This document shows positions 1 to 13,685 of a stretch of DNA of 64,000 nt, in pieces. The translations under genes were made by a program, and so were the position numbers. Location: NCBI RefSeq assembly GCF_000372725.1, contig NW_005202303.1, positions 310,001 to 374,000 of the forward strand. The letters run 5' to 3'. This stretch comes from Emiliania huxleyi CCMP1516 (Eukaryota). The notes under the pieces are model-generated. The model had not been told where the DNA came from. It was given only the letters and a program-made list of their open reading frames with translations, and ran no database searches. Each line of letters opens with the position of its first letter. Positions within the stretch are counted from its first letter, which is position 1.

Positions 1-6
1 GCCGAC

Positions 7-1089
7 ATGAAGGAGTCGGCCATCCAGACACTCATCCCGATCCTCGTGCTGCTCTGGGCGGCCACCGCCGGCGTCCTCACCTTCCGCAGCGGCTCGCCCT
101 TCACCGGGATGAACAACGGATATTTCTCGTCCTGGTTTGGCTTCTTCATGGCCGCGCAGATGACTGGCAGCGCCTCTGGCCCGCTCAACTCCAACATCTT
201 CCAGATCCTCGCGCTCGGCGTGGTGGTGGTGCTCTCGGCCTACTTCTACCAGGGCGCGGTCACGACTCCCGTGGCTGCGGGTGTCGTTGACATGGTCTAC
301 CAGGACAACATCGTGCCCGACCGCCAGGCGTACATGATTGCCGTCGGCGCCGTCGCCGGCTTCCTTGCCCTCTTCCACTACTGGTGCTCCGTCTTCAAGC
401 CGGCGCTCCTCGAGACGGTCCTCTTCAACGTCAGCGACTCGCCTGTCTCGATGCGCCGCGCAATGGCCATCTTCCTCGTCCCGTGGGTCGCCGCCGGCGC
501 CATCGTCGGAACCTTTGGCGTCACCGGCGGCGGAATCTTCGTTGCTCCCGCCACCACCGCTAACGGGTACTTTTCCATCTGGCTGCTCCTGGTCGCATGC
601 CTCGCACACCTTGGCAGCGAGGCGGAGGCTGCCGTCGAGAACGTCCGCGCCGTCGCCAACGCCGACGCCCTCTCCTCGTCGATGTTTGCGTTCCTCTTCG
701 CGTCGGTGATCGTCCTTGGCTCGCTCCTGCAGGACCAGGATAATGTCATTCAGGAGGGGCGCAGCGACGACGTCCGCGGCATGTTCGGCGAGTACGTGTA
801 CTCGCTCGTGCTGGTGTGCATCTCGGCCTTCGTCGGACTCTACCACCTCGTGCTCAAGGAGCCGCTCCCCCTCGTCAACAAGATCGCCACCCCGCTCCTT
901 GCCCTCGGCTGGCTCGGCGCGGCTGGCGTCCTGACCTTCCGCGACTCGGCTGGCTTCTCAGTCGCCGGCAACGGCTTCTTCGCCGTCTACGTCGGCCTCT
1001 TCCTCTCCTTCGCCCTCGTGGGCAAGGTGCACCTCAGCCCGGCGCGCGACGACCCGCCCGCCGCCGACGCGGTGATCTCGGCGGCGTAA
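7..1089 (+). CDS. Multi-pass membrane protein with three repeats of a TF..F...NG(Y/F)F.. motif; function unknown; possibly 5'-partial
   Basis: 360-aa ORF with about 10 hydrophobic segments. Repeats: GVLTFRSGSPFTGMNNGYFSSW, VGTFGVTGGGIFVAPATTANGYFSIW, GVLTFRDSAGFSVAGNGFFAVY. Strong GC3 codon bias. Confidence 0.8.
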   Translation: MKESAIQTLIPILVLLWAATAGVLTFRSGSPFTGMNNGYFSSWFGFFMAAQMTGSASGPLNSNIFQILALGVVVVLSAYFYQGAVTTPVAAGVVDMVYQDNIVPDRQAYMIAVGAVAGFLALFHYWCSVFKPALLETVLFNVSDSPVSMRRAMAIFLVPWVAAGAIVGTFGVTGGGIFVAPATTANGYFSIWLLLVACLAHLGSEAEAAVENVRAVANADALSSSMFAFLFASVIVLGSLLQDQDNVIQEGRSDDVRGMFGEYVYSLVLVCISAFVGLYHLVLKEPLPLVNKIATPLLALGWLGAAGVLTFRDSAGFSVAGNGFFAVYVGLFLSFALVGKVHLSPARDDPPAADAVISAA

Positions 1090-1477
1090 GAGCGCCGCCT
1101 TGAAGACAGGGAGGCTGCGCGTGCCGCCAACTGCGAGCCTACAAGAGGCAAGGGAGGCCGCGCGGTCCGACCACCACCACCACCCCAATCCCACCGCATG
1201 CTCTACTTGTATTCGGAGCCCGAGTATCTCGATACGTCTCGTCCCGTGGCGCGTGTGTGCGCGCGCGCTCCACCTCCGTCCTCATACCTCACAGACCCCG
1301 CTCACCCGATCCCCCACAGAGACCCGCCCCGCGCACGCAGATGCCAGATCTGTGTAGTCACCGTCCCGCATGCTGTTAGGTGTGTTCTTACCTCAGATGT
1401 TTCCATACATGAAAATACATACAGAGCCGCGCACCTCGCCGCGACCTCCACCCCGCCCCCTGCTTTGAGAAAGCTTC

Positions 1478-3842
1478 TCACTCCAGCCCGCGGCGGATCC
1501 GGGAGAGGAGCCGCCTCGCCAAGCCCGCCACTGGAGAGGCGCGTGCGACCATCCCACGCACCGCCTTCAGCACGCGGTCGCGCTTGCGGACCCTCGTGGA
1601 GGCGCCCGCGAACTCCGCCTCGGGCGATGTCGTGGCGCCGCTTGCTCCGGCGGGTGGCGGCGGCGACGGGCTCTGAAGCAAGGGGCTCGGAGCCTGCTGT
1701 GCACGGCGCATGCGCTCGCTCTTCTCGTTGATTCGCCGCTTCCACTCCTCCGCGTCGAACGGAGGCCTCTCTCGAACCTCTTCAGCCGCCTGCTGCTCCG
1801 GCGCCTCGGCCGCCACCGCCGCCACCGCCTCCGCCTCCGCCTCCGCCTCCGCCTCCGCCTCCGCCTCCTCCGCCGCCTCCGCCGCCTCTACCGCCCGCGC
1901 GGCATACGCCTCCCGCCTCGCCAACCGCTCCGCCACCGCTCTCTCCCCCTCTTGACGCAGCGACGCCAACTTGCCTGCTGCCTCCGCCGCCGCCTCCCAT
2001 GCCGTGTATGCCTCGCGCCGCTCTTGGCGCTCCGCCACCGCCCTCTCCCCCTCCTCACGCAGCGACGTCACCCTGGCCTCCGCGGCCTCCGCTGCCACCG
2101 CCGCCGCCGCCGCCACCCAAACTGCGTACGCCTCGCGCCTCTCTTGGCGCTCCTGCACAGCGCGCAAGCCTCCCTCCTTCACGGCGTCCAGCTTAGCGGC
2201 CACGGCCTCCGCCTCCGCCTTCGCCTCCGAGCCTCCCGTCGTCAGCGGCTCTGCCTCCTCGGCAACCTTTTCCATCTCCTCCGCCCCCCGCTTCGACGGC
2301 AGCGGTGCGGCGCCAGCCTCCTCTGCGACGTGCTCTGCCGCCGCTGCTGGCGCCACGGAGGGAGCCCGGGGCGGCGGCGGCTGGAGGGGCGGCGGTGGCT
2401 GGAGGGGCGGCGGCGCCGGGAGGGACGGCGCGTAGGACACCTACAGGGAGGCACCGAGAATGCTCCGCGAAGGCGCAGGAAGGCTCCGAGAAGGTGCGGC
2501 GCAAGGGCTCCTCGCTTCCGACGCCGGCCGCCTGCGGGAAGGAGCAGAGAGGGGTGAGCAGGCGCCGAGAAGGGGCCGAAGCATCCGGTGCGTGCCGCCT
2601 GTGCGGTGAGCGCTGCCACCGGCAGAAGCACCAGCGCGAGCGGCGGCGTCACGTCGGGCAGGGCGGCGTACCACGCGGCGAGGCCGAGGCTGAGCCCTCC
2701 CCCGAGCAAGAGCGGCGCCTACTCGGAGCAGTGTCAGGGAGGCTCTGGAAAGGCTGAGACCCCCGCCACCCGTCCAAACGGAAGAGCTGGCGCCTTGGAG
2801 CCCACCCCGCCCACCCGCCGCCTGCCGCCCCCAAAGTCGACAGCACGCGGCGCAGCGTCTTGCTCCGGCACCGCCCTCGCCGCCGCCGCCTCTCTCGCCG
2901 CCGCCTCCTCCCTCGCCGCCTCCGCCTCCTTGGCCGCTCGCGCCGCCTGCGCCGCCTTCTGCTTGAAGAAGCTGCGCTCCGCCTCGCTCACCGCGTTCTC
3001 CACCGCACGATCCAGCTTCTCCCGCTCACGCATCCGCTCCTCCGCCGCCGCAGCGATGGAGGCGGCGGCCGCCGCCTCGGCCGCTGCCGCCGCCGCCAGC
3101 GCCTCCTCCTTCGCCTTGACCGCAGCGGACGCCTGCGGAAAGGTAGAGAAAAAGATCAGAGGAAGGGTCCAGCGCCCTCTCTATTGCGAGCGGCGGCGGC
3201 CTCGTCCGCTGCTTGCGAAAGCGCCGCCTCTCTGCGCGCGAGTTCGTCCTGCGACGCCTCGAGCGCGTCGCCCAGCGCGCCCACCTGCCTCGCAGCCTCG
3301 GCCTGGCACTCGCAGAGCTCCTCGCGGCTGCTCGCCAAGAGGCTCTCCGACTGCGCCAGCGCCGCCTCCGCCGCCGCGCGAAGGTCCGACTCATCGCGCA
3401 GCGCTGCCTCGCTGCGGCGCGACTCCTCGGCGCTGGCGGCCTGCTGCGACTCGACTCGCGACTGAAGCCCCTCGAGCGACGTGAGCAGCGTTCCCGCCAG
3501 CTCACGGCAGGAGCTTGCCGGCTCCGCAGCGTCGCCGAGCAGGGCGCGCTCGAGGCGTCGGGCGGACGCGGTCTCCAGCTCGTTGAAGCGTGCCAGCGCG
3601 TCGAAGCCAGCCGCCGGCCCGAGCCCTGCGTCGAGCTCGCGGACCTTGTACACCGCCGTCTCGAGGTTGGTGGCGAGCTGCGTCCAATCGCCCTCCCGGA
3701 CAGCGTCGGGGTCTTCGGAAACGGCAGCGACGGCTTCATGGGGCAGGGCGCTATGAGGCGGCGCGGCGCGCGGCACGGCGCGGCACGGCGCGAGCCGGTT
3801 GCCGCTCCAGCCCGCGGCGAGCACGAGGCAGAGGGAACACAT
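1478..3842 (-). CDS. Multi-exon Ala/Glu-rich coiled-coil protein with an N-terminal signal/transit-like peptide and an internal hydrophobic segment
   Basis: ORFs 3156-3842 (MCSLCLVLAAGWSG...), 2734-3033, about 2590-2709 (PLALVLLPVAALTAQ) and 1478-2440 (three xSLREEGERAVAER..RREAY repeats) lie on the same strand, separated by intron-like gaps. Confidence 0.65.
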
Positions 3843-4311
3843 GTGTGCCTGTAAGCCGTATCGTGGCTCTCGCAGTGCGCTCTCGCAGCTCTCGAGGGAA
3901 ATGGCCGGAGAGGGGAAATGGCCGCGAAAAATCCGAGGTGTAAAAACGGTTGCAAAATCCTGCTCGTGGAGGGTGGGCGACGGCTAGCGCACCACACCCC
4001 TCTCCTTAAAATCCCTGTGTGGTGGCGGCGTGCCGTCCTCCCATCCACCCTCCCCTGGGTTGTCCGTTTTCTTTCTTTTTCTTTCTGGTGGGGACCCTGT
4101 CCTCCTCCCATCCCTCGTTTGCTTCTGGATTTTCTTTCTTTCTCCCGGCGTTGTGCTTTTACGTGAAGGTGGCCCGCAGGCTACTAGTCCTGTGCCCATC
4201 TGCCCAATGGTGTGGGGGGTGGGGAGTTTCATTAGAGCCGTACACTCCGCCGGGGCCTGCGGCTACTCGAGTATTTAAAATGAATTCCGGGCTACAGCGA
4301 CAACGCGATAT

Positions 4312-5685
4312 ATGTCAGACCGCCGCTCCGAATATGCGCTGGTTCTGCACGGCCTCGTCGGCACGCTCGAGCAGGCGCCGTCCGCGGCCCTGTGGCTCAA
4401 CCTCCGTGGCAGCGGCCGGCTGCTGCACTTCACAGCGGCTTCGCACCTCGAGTACATCGTGCGGGCCAATGCACGGGCAGGCGTTGACGTCTTCGCGCAC
4501 TCTTGGAACCCAGAGCTCTCGGGTGTGGTTGCGACCCTCTACGGCACGCACCTGCTTGGCAGCAGGCACGATCCGCCCGTTTTTGCCGACAAAGCCCGCT
4601 CGCAGGCGCTCTCGCTCGGGCGAGCTGCGGAGCTGGTGCTCGCCAGAGAGCGTGCACGGGGGTATCCTTATGCGCTCACCTTTGCGCTGCGCTGGGACGC
4701 CTTTGTGGGCGCTCCCGTCGCGCTCGCGAGGCTGCGTCGCGGGCACATCACCATCTCGGAGAGCTGCTGCGTGCGCGACGCTGTGTCGCCGTCCGAGAAA
4801 GCCCTCGTGCTCGGCCGGTGCGGCGCGGGGGCGTGCAACGCAACAACTGGCGCTTGCACCAACTATCGCAAGGGACGGCAGTATACAGGGCGACTGCTTG
4901 GCCACTGCACGCCGGAGATCCATCAACACCAGTGGCAGGCAAAGCCGCTGCTGCCCTCAAACCCTTACATGTTCGCCAACGACTGGTGGATAGCGGCACC
5001 ACCCGCGGTGATTGCTAGCTTTGGCCGCATCTCGGAGGACTGGCGGTGGGTGTTGCGCCGGCTGCGGCAGCTAAGTCTTCCAGCGTGGTCCCACTTCGTC
5101 TGGCCTCTGCACGTGCATGACACTCTGAACCTCACGCGGAACGTCCGGTTTGAGGCAGGCGTGCGAATCGGGCTCACGCGGAAGGTGTTTGAGCGCATTC
5201 GAACCGGCTGTCAGCGCGACCCGCTCGGCGGGCCGTGCCACAAGTCGAAGCCACTCGGACATTACTACGCAGACCCGGTGGGCTTTTGCGATGTGCTTCA
5301 GCCATACAACTCAACCGGCGAGGCGGAGAGGGTGCTGCGCGCCGATCGTGTCACCGGCGAATCCTTCTCCGCATCAGCGCTGCTCAGCAAGCCGCTCGCA
5401 CCGGACGCCTCCGGTGTCTACCTCGGCTACTTTGAGCCTCGCTTCGAGGCTATGGCGTCGCAGTGCCCGTTTGCGCGGCTGCCCGAGCCCATCGTGTGCT
5501 GCGGCAAGTGGGCGCACCTGTGCGGCATCAGGCGGTGCCCGTTCGAGCCGGACTACACGCGGCAGAACCAGAAGTTCTCCAGGCGCGCCTTCCACGCCAG
5601 GAAGGGCAACGCGTCAGAGTTGGTGCGGCTCGTGAGGTGCGGAAGAGATGATGGAGCTCGGCCAAGGGAGCTGAAGAGCTGCTGA
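4312..5685 (+). CDS. Intronless 457-aa hypothetical protein, possibly with a glycosyltransferase-like fold
   Basis: Long ORF with normal composition. Motifs VDVFAHSW, LRWD and NDWW resemble uncharacterised DVFxHxW/RxD/D GT-like proteins (inference). Confidence 0.6.
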   Translation: MSDRRSEYALVLHGLVGTLEQAPSAALWLNLRGSGRLLHFTAASHLEYIVRANARAGVDVFAHSWNPELSGVVATLYGTHLLGSRHDPPVFADKARSQALSLGRAAELVLARERARGYPYALTFALRWDAFVGAPVALARLRRGHITISESCCVRDAVSPSEKALVLGRCGAGACNATTGACTNYRKGRQYTGRLLGHCTPEIHQHQWQAKPLLPSNPYMFANDWWIAAPPAVIASFGRISEDWRWVLRRLRQLSLPAWSHFVWPLHVHDTLNLTRNVRFEAGVRIGLTRKVFERIRTGCQRDPLGGPCHKSKPLGHYYADPVGFCDVLQPYNSTGEAERVLRADRVTGESFSASALLSKPLAPDASGVYLGYFEPRFEAMASQCPFARLPEPIVCCGKWAHLCGIRRCPFEPDYTRQNQKFSRRAFHARKGNASELVRLVRCGRDDGARPRELKSC

Positions 5686-6148
5686 GCGCTCGACGGGTCT
5701 TTCCCGACTTCAATTTCTTTTGCTTCGCACGGGTAGTCGGTCCCTTTCGGAGTCTCTTGGAGCCCATAAGTGAATTCTCTTTTGCTGATAAAATTATTCA
5801 CGGTGCGGCTGGGCCTTGGCGTGGTCATGCCAATTGTTGCCGTTGTCCTCCCAGTCGCCAGTGGGGGAGAGGAGCTCATGTTGAGGGCTAAAGAGGGGTA
5901 CTGCACTTGGAGCACTTGGAGTGCAGTTATCAGCCTCACATCCAGGGCCGGGGAGCTAAGAAGCGCACCCAGCGGGCCGGATGATCGGGATCGGGTTACG
6001 GGCTAGAGAGCCCTAGCCCCGGGGTTGCCCTACCATTTCTTTTGCCCTGCGGCTCCTCTCGCCACCTGGGTTCGGGCTGGGGCTTGGCGTCTCTGCTCCT
6101 CTCGCAAGGCCCTGCCGTGACGCCGGGGGGCCGGCACAACATACCGTT

Positions 6149-8283
6149 ATGATCTTCGCCTCAACGTTCGCGGGCGGAAACCTGCCACCCAAAGCGATGG
6201 CAGACCGTTCGGTTCGCTTGAAGCCCTTTTGCGTCGACCCTCTCGAGCGCCGCGAGTTTGAGGCGCAGGTGGCGGCAGAGATGAGTCTCGGCAAAAAACG
6301 GGCGGCCCTGCTGGTGCGACGCAGGGATGACATTTCGATGTACGGTAAGCTGTACGCCAACTACCCGCCCGGTACGCCAGACTACATGCTCCTGTCGGTG
6401 AGTGACGTTTATGACGGTGAAGTCCTCGCGTCGGACGAGCAGCCCTGGGACGCGACCATGGTGCAGCGCCCGGCTGGCAGGCCGGAGATGCAGCCAGGCG
6501 TGCATATGCATGTTTTTGCGGCTCGTGGTGCTCAACCCTCGCCGTGGTCCCTGACCCCCGACCCCGACCTCTACCCGTCCCCAGGAGAGCCCGCCTTTCT
6601 TGCGATGAACCGGTTCGTGGTGAAGCCCGACGAGGCGTCGCGCCGCCTCTTCGAGCAGCGGTGGGCGACACGCGAGTCGAAGCTGGCCGGACAGCCGGGC
6701 TTCGTCGGCTTCTCGCTCCTGCGCCGCGCCTCGCCGCCCGCCGCCGGCCAGGCGGGCACCCCTCGGACACCCCTCGGACACCCCTCGGACACCCCTCAGA
6801 CACCCGACGACCGGGGACCCGCACCTCTGATGTACACCTCTGCTCCACTCCTCTGCACCACACAGCGGTCGAGACAGACACGTGCTCCGCCGGACTCAGC
6901 GGCACTCGCCTCGTCCGCAGTCTGTACTCGGCACACTCGAGACTCATTCTCTAGGCGGGCGGCTTCACTTATGCGACCGCCACCCTATGGGCGCGCGAGG
7001 CGGCGTGGGCGGCGTGGCGGGAGGGCGGCGGCAAGAATGCGCACGCCGCTTCGCGCGAGAGCGGCCGCACTCCGGTCTGGGAGAGTGTGGCGGACCCGCC
7101 CCTCCTCTAAGCAGCCGGGAATCATGCATGTCGCTGATTCATCAACAGGTGTGCGGAGCGGAGAGGGCGGCAGAAGGGAGGAACGCGAAGACCGCAACAG
7201 CGGTCGGTGCAACTAGGTGTCCGAGTGGATGGCGGCAGCCGCGTCGCCGATCTTTTGGGATGTGCCCGTCCTCCTCCTCCGCGGCTCGGGTCTCGCCCAC
7301 GTCTGCACGCCACGGAGCGAGACCGCGGCGGAGGCGGAGGCGGAGGCGGCGGCCAGGGTGGCGTCGCTGCGTGAGGAGGGGGAGAGGGCGGTGGCAGAGC
7401 GGTTGGCGAGGCGGGAGGCGTTCGCCGAACGGGCGACGGAGGTCAGTGACTTGGCTTGGGAGGCTGCGCGCGCGGGCGTTGGCTCGATCCCAATCAGTTG
7501 ATTAATCAATCAAGAACGCTCATCAATCAGGCGATGCGCGCGCGGCTGGCTCGGTACAAGGAGGACTGGGGCAACGCCGACGCGCCGCTGGGGCCAGACG
7601 TGGACGGCGACCTCGGCCGTTGGTGCAAGGTGCAGCGGCAGCTGCGCGACGCCGGCAGGCTTGCCGCCTCTAGACACTTCAGACACTTCCTGGACACTTC
7701 CTAGAGCAGGCTTGCCGCCTCTAGATGCTGAGCACAGGCCGGTGTGTTCACGCGGTGCTCTGAGTACACTGCACGGTGCCCCGCGCTGACTCCGGTGCGC
7801 TGATGCCTCAGGCTCGCCGCGGCGCGCGTCGACGCACTCGACCTGCTCTGCTTCTCGTGGGTGGCGCCCTCGGACGTGGATGACCCGACGAGGGCGGACT
7901 GGGCCGGCATGCTTGCGCGGCTTGCGGCGTATCGCGACGAGCACGGCGATTGCGACGTGAAGAAAAAGTACCAGCGCGACCCGGCCCTTGGCGGCTGGGT
8001 GGCGGCGGTGCGGCGCTGCCGCTCCGAGCTGGGCGCGGCCCGCGTCGCCGAGCTCGATCAGATCGGGTTCGTGTGGCAGAGCTCGCGCAGCTGCGGGTCG
8101 GCCTGGATGAGCAGCTTCCGCGAGCTGCGAGCGTTCCACGCGGTGCACGGCCACAGCGACGTGGGCGCGGTGCTCGGCGACGGCCACGAGCTCGCGCGGT
8201 GGAGCGAGGCGATGCGCGCGGCGCAGGCGAAGGAGGCGCTCTCGCCCAAGCGGATGGCGCACTTGCGAGAGGTGGGGTGGTGA
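6149..8283 (+). CDS. Multi-exon fusion: ABM/IsdG-like monooxygenase domain + coiled-coil linker + three helicase-associated (HA) domains
   Basis: ABM part: FLAMNRFVVKPDEASRRLFEQRWATRESKLAGQPGFVGFSLLRR and GGFTYATATLW. HA repeats: AWE/AMRARLARYKEDWGNAD...LGRWCKVQR; WAGMLARLAAYRDEHGDCDV...LGGWV...LDQIGFVW; WMSSFRELRAFHAVHGHSDV...LREVGW. Confidence 0.72.
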
Positions 8284-8932
8284 CTTTTGAGGTACCAGCT
8301 CGACGGCGAGGTTCATATTAAAAGTTGTGTGAGTAGAGGGTGTGGATGCTGTATTGACGGCAATATCAGGGGACGCGACCCACTTCGCGACACCGACAGA
8401 CGGTCCCGCGCCGGGGGCGCGCGCCTCGCCGCTAAGACGGGGGAACACGGCAGCCACGGGCCGCGAGCACGACTATGGGTCGTGTCCCCCCCGCGGCGCG
8501 AGTGAATCCGTATCTCCGACCAGCGCTCTGTGCGCGTGTGCGGTCTGCGCTCGTCGGTGTGCTCGGTGGCGGCTTCCCCCGACTGCGCCGCGCTCGGCGA
8601 ACCTCGGCCCTGAGGTCAAATCCTTCTCTCTGTTGATGACACAACACGTGTCTAACCCCTGGTCAACTCACCCTGCACCGCCCGTACTTTCTCGGACCGT
8701 CGCGCACGTACGGGCGGTGACACACTGTCTCTCCGCGCTCGAGTGTCTCCGGACACTCGTGCTGCGCGACCCTCGGCTCTCGCCGCCCCTCGAGCGCCGT
8801 GAGTGAGCATTTTCCAACTAGACGCCGTTTGCTCGCCGTGCGCCCCTCCACAGACACAGGTCCGGTAGTTACAGTCTCAGGTCCTCGAGGTGGTGGGGTC
8901 GGGCGTGGTCGCGAGGCTGAGCCTTTCCATAT

Positions 8933-10615
8933 ATGGCGACCGCGAAAGTGCCCTGCGGATTTGTGGCAAGCGCCGTGTGCTCCGGGCCACAAGAGCCTTG
9001 CTTTTATGACCCGTCTTGCGGAAGCGGAAGCGGCGGTGCCGGCTGCGCTGCGGGCGGCTTCGAGCTGTGCAGGTTCTGCGGCTTCGGGAATTTCCCGGAG
9101 TGTCCTCACCCAGCACCGCCGCCCCCTGCACCGCCGTCTTTGCCCCCGCCGTCACCCCCGGTGCCACCCGGGTCGCCTGCCCCTGCGCCTCCACCGAGTC
9201 CTCCTCCTCCGCCCCCGCCGTCTCCGCAGCCGCTGCCTCCGGCCCGCGCCCAGATCTCCAGCTGGCCACCCGCCCCTCCGCTGCCCGCTGGGCAAGCGCA
9301 GCCCCTTGAGAGCGTGGTCGACGGGTGGGATGGGCCACCTGCGAGTGCCGTCAGCGATGCCGAGGCGGGGGGCAAGGACGACCGGTACAAGACGAAGCTC
9401 GACCAGCTCGGACGGCGCGCCGCGACACTTCCGAGACAAGAGATACTTCCTCCCCTCACCGAGGGACACCACCTCCGCCGCATCCACTACACACACACCC
9501 TCCGCCTGCCGACGCCTCCTCGCGCGTGGCCAGGGAAGATGACCTCAGCGGCGACAGCCTCACGGCTTTCGAGAGGGACGAGGAGGCGGAGAGGGAGGAG
9601 GAGGAGGAGGGGGGGGGGGAGGAGGAGGAGGAGGACTCGGGCGCCTCGTGGCTCACGCCCCTCGCAAAGATCTTCTTCCGCGGCAATGGAAGCTCTTGGC
9701 GACGATTTGGCGACTCCGCCGAAGTGGTGCGCTGCCCGACATCGTTCAGACTCGCCGGCGAGAGCGCTGAGGTCAAGCCGAGACTGTGGGCGAGATTAGG
9801 CGCTCCTCGACGGCGTGCTCGCCGTGGCGGGGGCTGGCGCGTGTCTCCTGACCTTGCTCTGTGCGAGATGCTGGTGGGCGGCCGCGCGACGGTCCGTGAC
9901 TCCCACCCGTAGCAGCGGCAGCAGCAGAGTAGATGGCAGCCCCACGTAGAATCGATTCATTATTGATAAGTAATGACGCGGCGCCTTGGCATGTCATGTA
10001 CCTCGACCTGCCCTCGCTGACAGCTCAGCACGAGCGTCGTGGAGACGTTTACCTCACCCTGCCTCGCCTTGCCTCCCCCCCCCCCCCTCTCTGCACCGCG
10101 GCGGGCTGGCACCTCAGACACGGCGACAGAGTAATCAGTCTCATGAATTATGATCATTAGACGACNNNNNNNNNNNNNNNNNNNNNNNNNNNNNNNNNNN
10201 NNNNNNNNNNNNNNNNNNNNNNNNNNNNNNNNNNNNNNNNNNNNNNNNNNNNNNNNNNNNNNNNNGGGGGGGGGCCCCCAAAACCTTCTCTAAATCTCCC
10301 CCCCCTTAAACACGCCCCACCCACAAAAAATAAATGGACCCCCCCCCCCGAAAAAACCATCTCCTTTTTTGAAAAAAAAAGGGCGGGGCCCCCTGGCAAT
10401 TTAATGTACCCCCAACCCCCCCCTTGTTAAAAACCAAACACAAGGGTGGGGAAAATTTTACTTCACCGTTTTGGCTTTGCTCCCCCCCCCCCCCCCCCCA
10501 CCGGCAACAGGAGAGGCGCCCCCCCGCGCCGCGGACGCCCTGTGGGACAAAAGTAAGCTGCTCCCGACGATCGACCCGCTTTGGGGCATAGGCTTTTTGC
10601 CCCCCGCCCCCCCGG

Positions 10616-10662
<47 letters not shown>

Positions 10663-10687
10663 CCTCCCTCCCTCCCTCCCTCCCTCC

Positions 10688-10720
<33 letters not shown>

Positions 10721-11314
10721 CCCCCCCCCCCTTTTTGCACCGCGGCGGGCTGGCACCTCAGACACGGCGACAGAGTAATCAGTCTCATGAATTATGATCA
10801 TTAGACGACGACGACTGGCACACGGCGGTTGACTTGGCGTCCCCCCAAGACGAGGAGGGCGGAGGCGGGAGGGATCGGGCCCTCGAGGCGCCGCGAGATG
10901 CCGCGAGATGCCGCGAGATGCCGCGAGATGGAGCGAGATGGAGCGAGATGGAGCGAGATGGAGCGAGATGGAGCGAGATGCCACGCTCGTGTCCGACCCA
11001 GCTGATATGCACCCCCTCCCCCCCCCCCCCCTGCCCCACCACCTCGTGAGGGTGTCTATCAGATACCTGCTTCTTGCCCTGCCTTTAGGCGGCGTGGAGC
11101 GAGGCGACCTCACGCCCCCCTCCGCCGGGCTGTGCGCCTCCTGGGCGTGTGTGTGAACGGCGTCTCTTCACACGCGGCGAGCCGTGAATAGGCGAGCACC
11201 ATCCTCGCACACGGCGCGACGATTTCCTCCTCGTCTTCGCAAGACACCGGCTTCACGGTCGGAGGGGAGGGCGCCAAGTCGCGGGACGGCGGGCAGGGCT
11301 TCTTGGTGGAGTGA
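8933..11314 (+). CDS. Multi-exon protein with a Cys-rich CFYDPSC..GCAAGG..CRFCG module, Pro-rich stalk and acidic tract; interrupted by the assembly gap, 3' end uncertain
   Basis: ORF 8933-9799 begins PCFYDPSCGSGSGGAGCAAGGFELCRFCGFGNFPEC followed by SPPPP-type repeats. Further exon-like segments at about 9537-9790, 9950-10020, 10803-10850 and 11089-11314. Confidence 0.45.
10166..10265. other. Assembly gap (100 N) with low-quality, homopolymer-rich sequence on its right
   Basis: Run of N. 10092-10165 is repeated at about 10737-10810. Confidence 0.97.
10887..10982 (+). repeat. Intronic 10-mer tandem repeat (CCGCGAGATG / GAGCGAGATG)
   Basis: About 9 tandem copies. Related GAGAT decamers occur at about 11940, 23335, 27950 and 59115. 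Confidence 0.9.
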
Positions 11315-11763
11315 TCCCGACAAAACGGTGCGAGTGGCGCGGGCTGCCCCTCCGGGTTGCGGGCTGCCCCCTTTGCGGGGGTGGGCGGGGGACCCGCGGG
11401 AGGACCCGTGGGGCTGGGCACACACCCCCGCCTACCGGGGCACCGGGGAAGGCACCCCCCCCCCCCCCCCCGGTTCCACACATGTGCAACATGGATGTAC
11501 AAATAAAAAACCTCATCCTCAAACGATATCTCGAGCTCACACGTCACACAATCACAACACAAGCTGAGCGACCCTCTGCCTCTCCCAGGACCCAGCCTCT
11601 CGAAACTCGAACCCGGGTGTGCCCGCTCCCGCGTCCCGGGGCGGTCCCGCCCGGTCCCGCGCCTCCCGCACCTATCACTCCCGCGAGCCGCGACCACGGT
11701 TCACGCCTCATGAGTTGACCTTCTTGGGCAGCACCACCAGCATTTCGCGGCTGTCGCGCTCTC

Positions 11764-13685
<1,922 letters not shown>

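Noticed and set aside
5553..6006. Short ORFs between the 457-aa gene and the ABM gene
   Set aside because: No recognisable motif and weak codon bias.
10092..10810. ~74-bp duplication across the N gap
   Set aside because: It flanks the gap and adjoins homopolymer-rich low-quality sequence, so it is most likely unmerged contig overlap.
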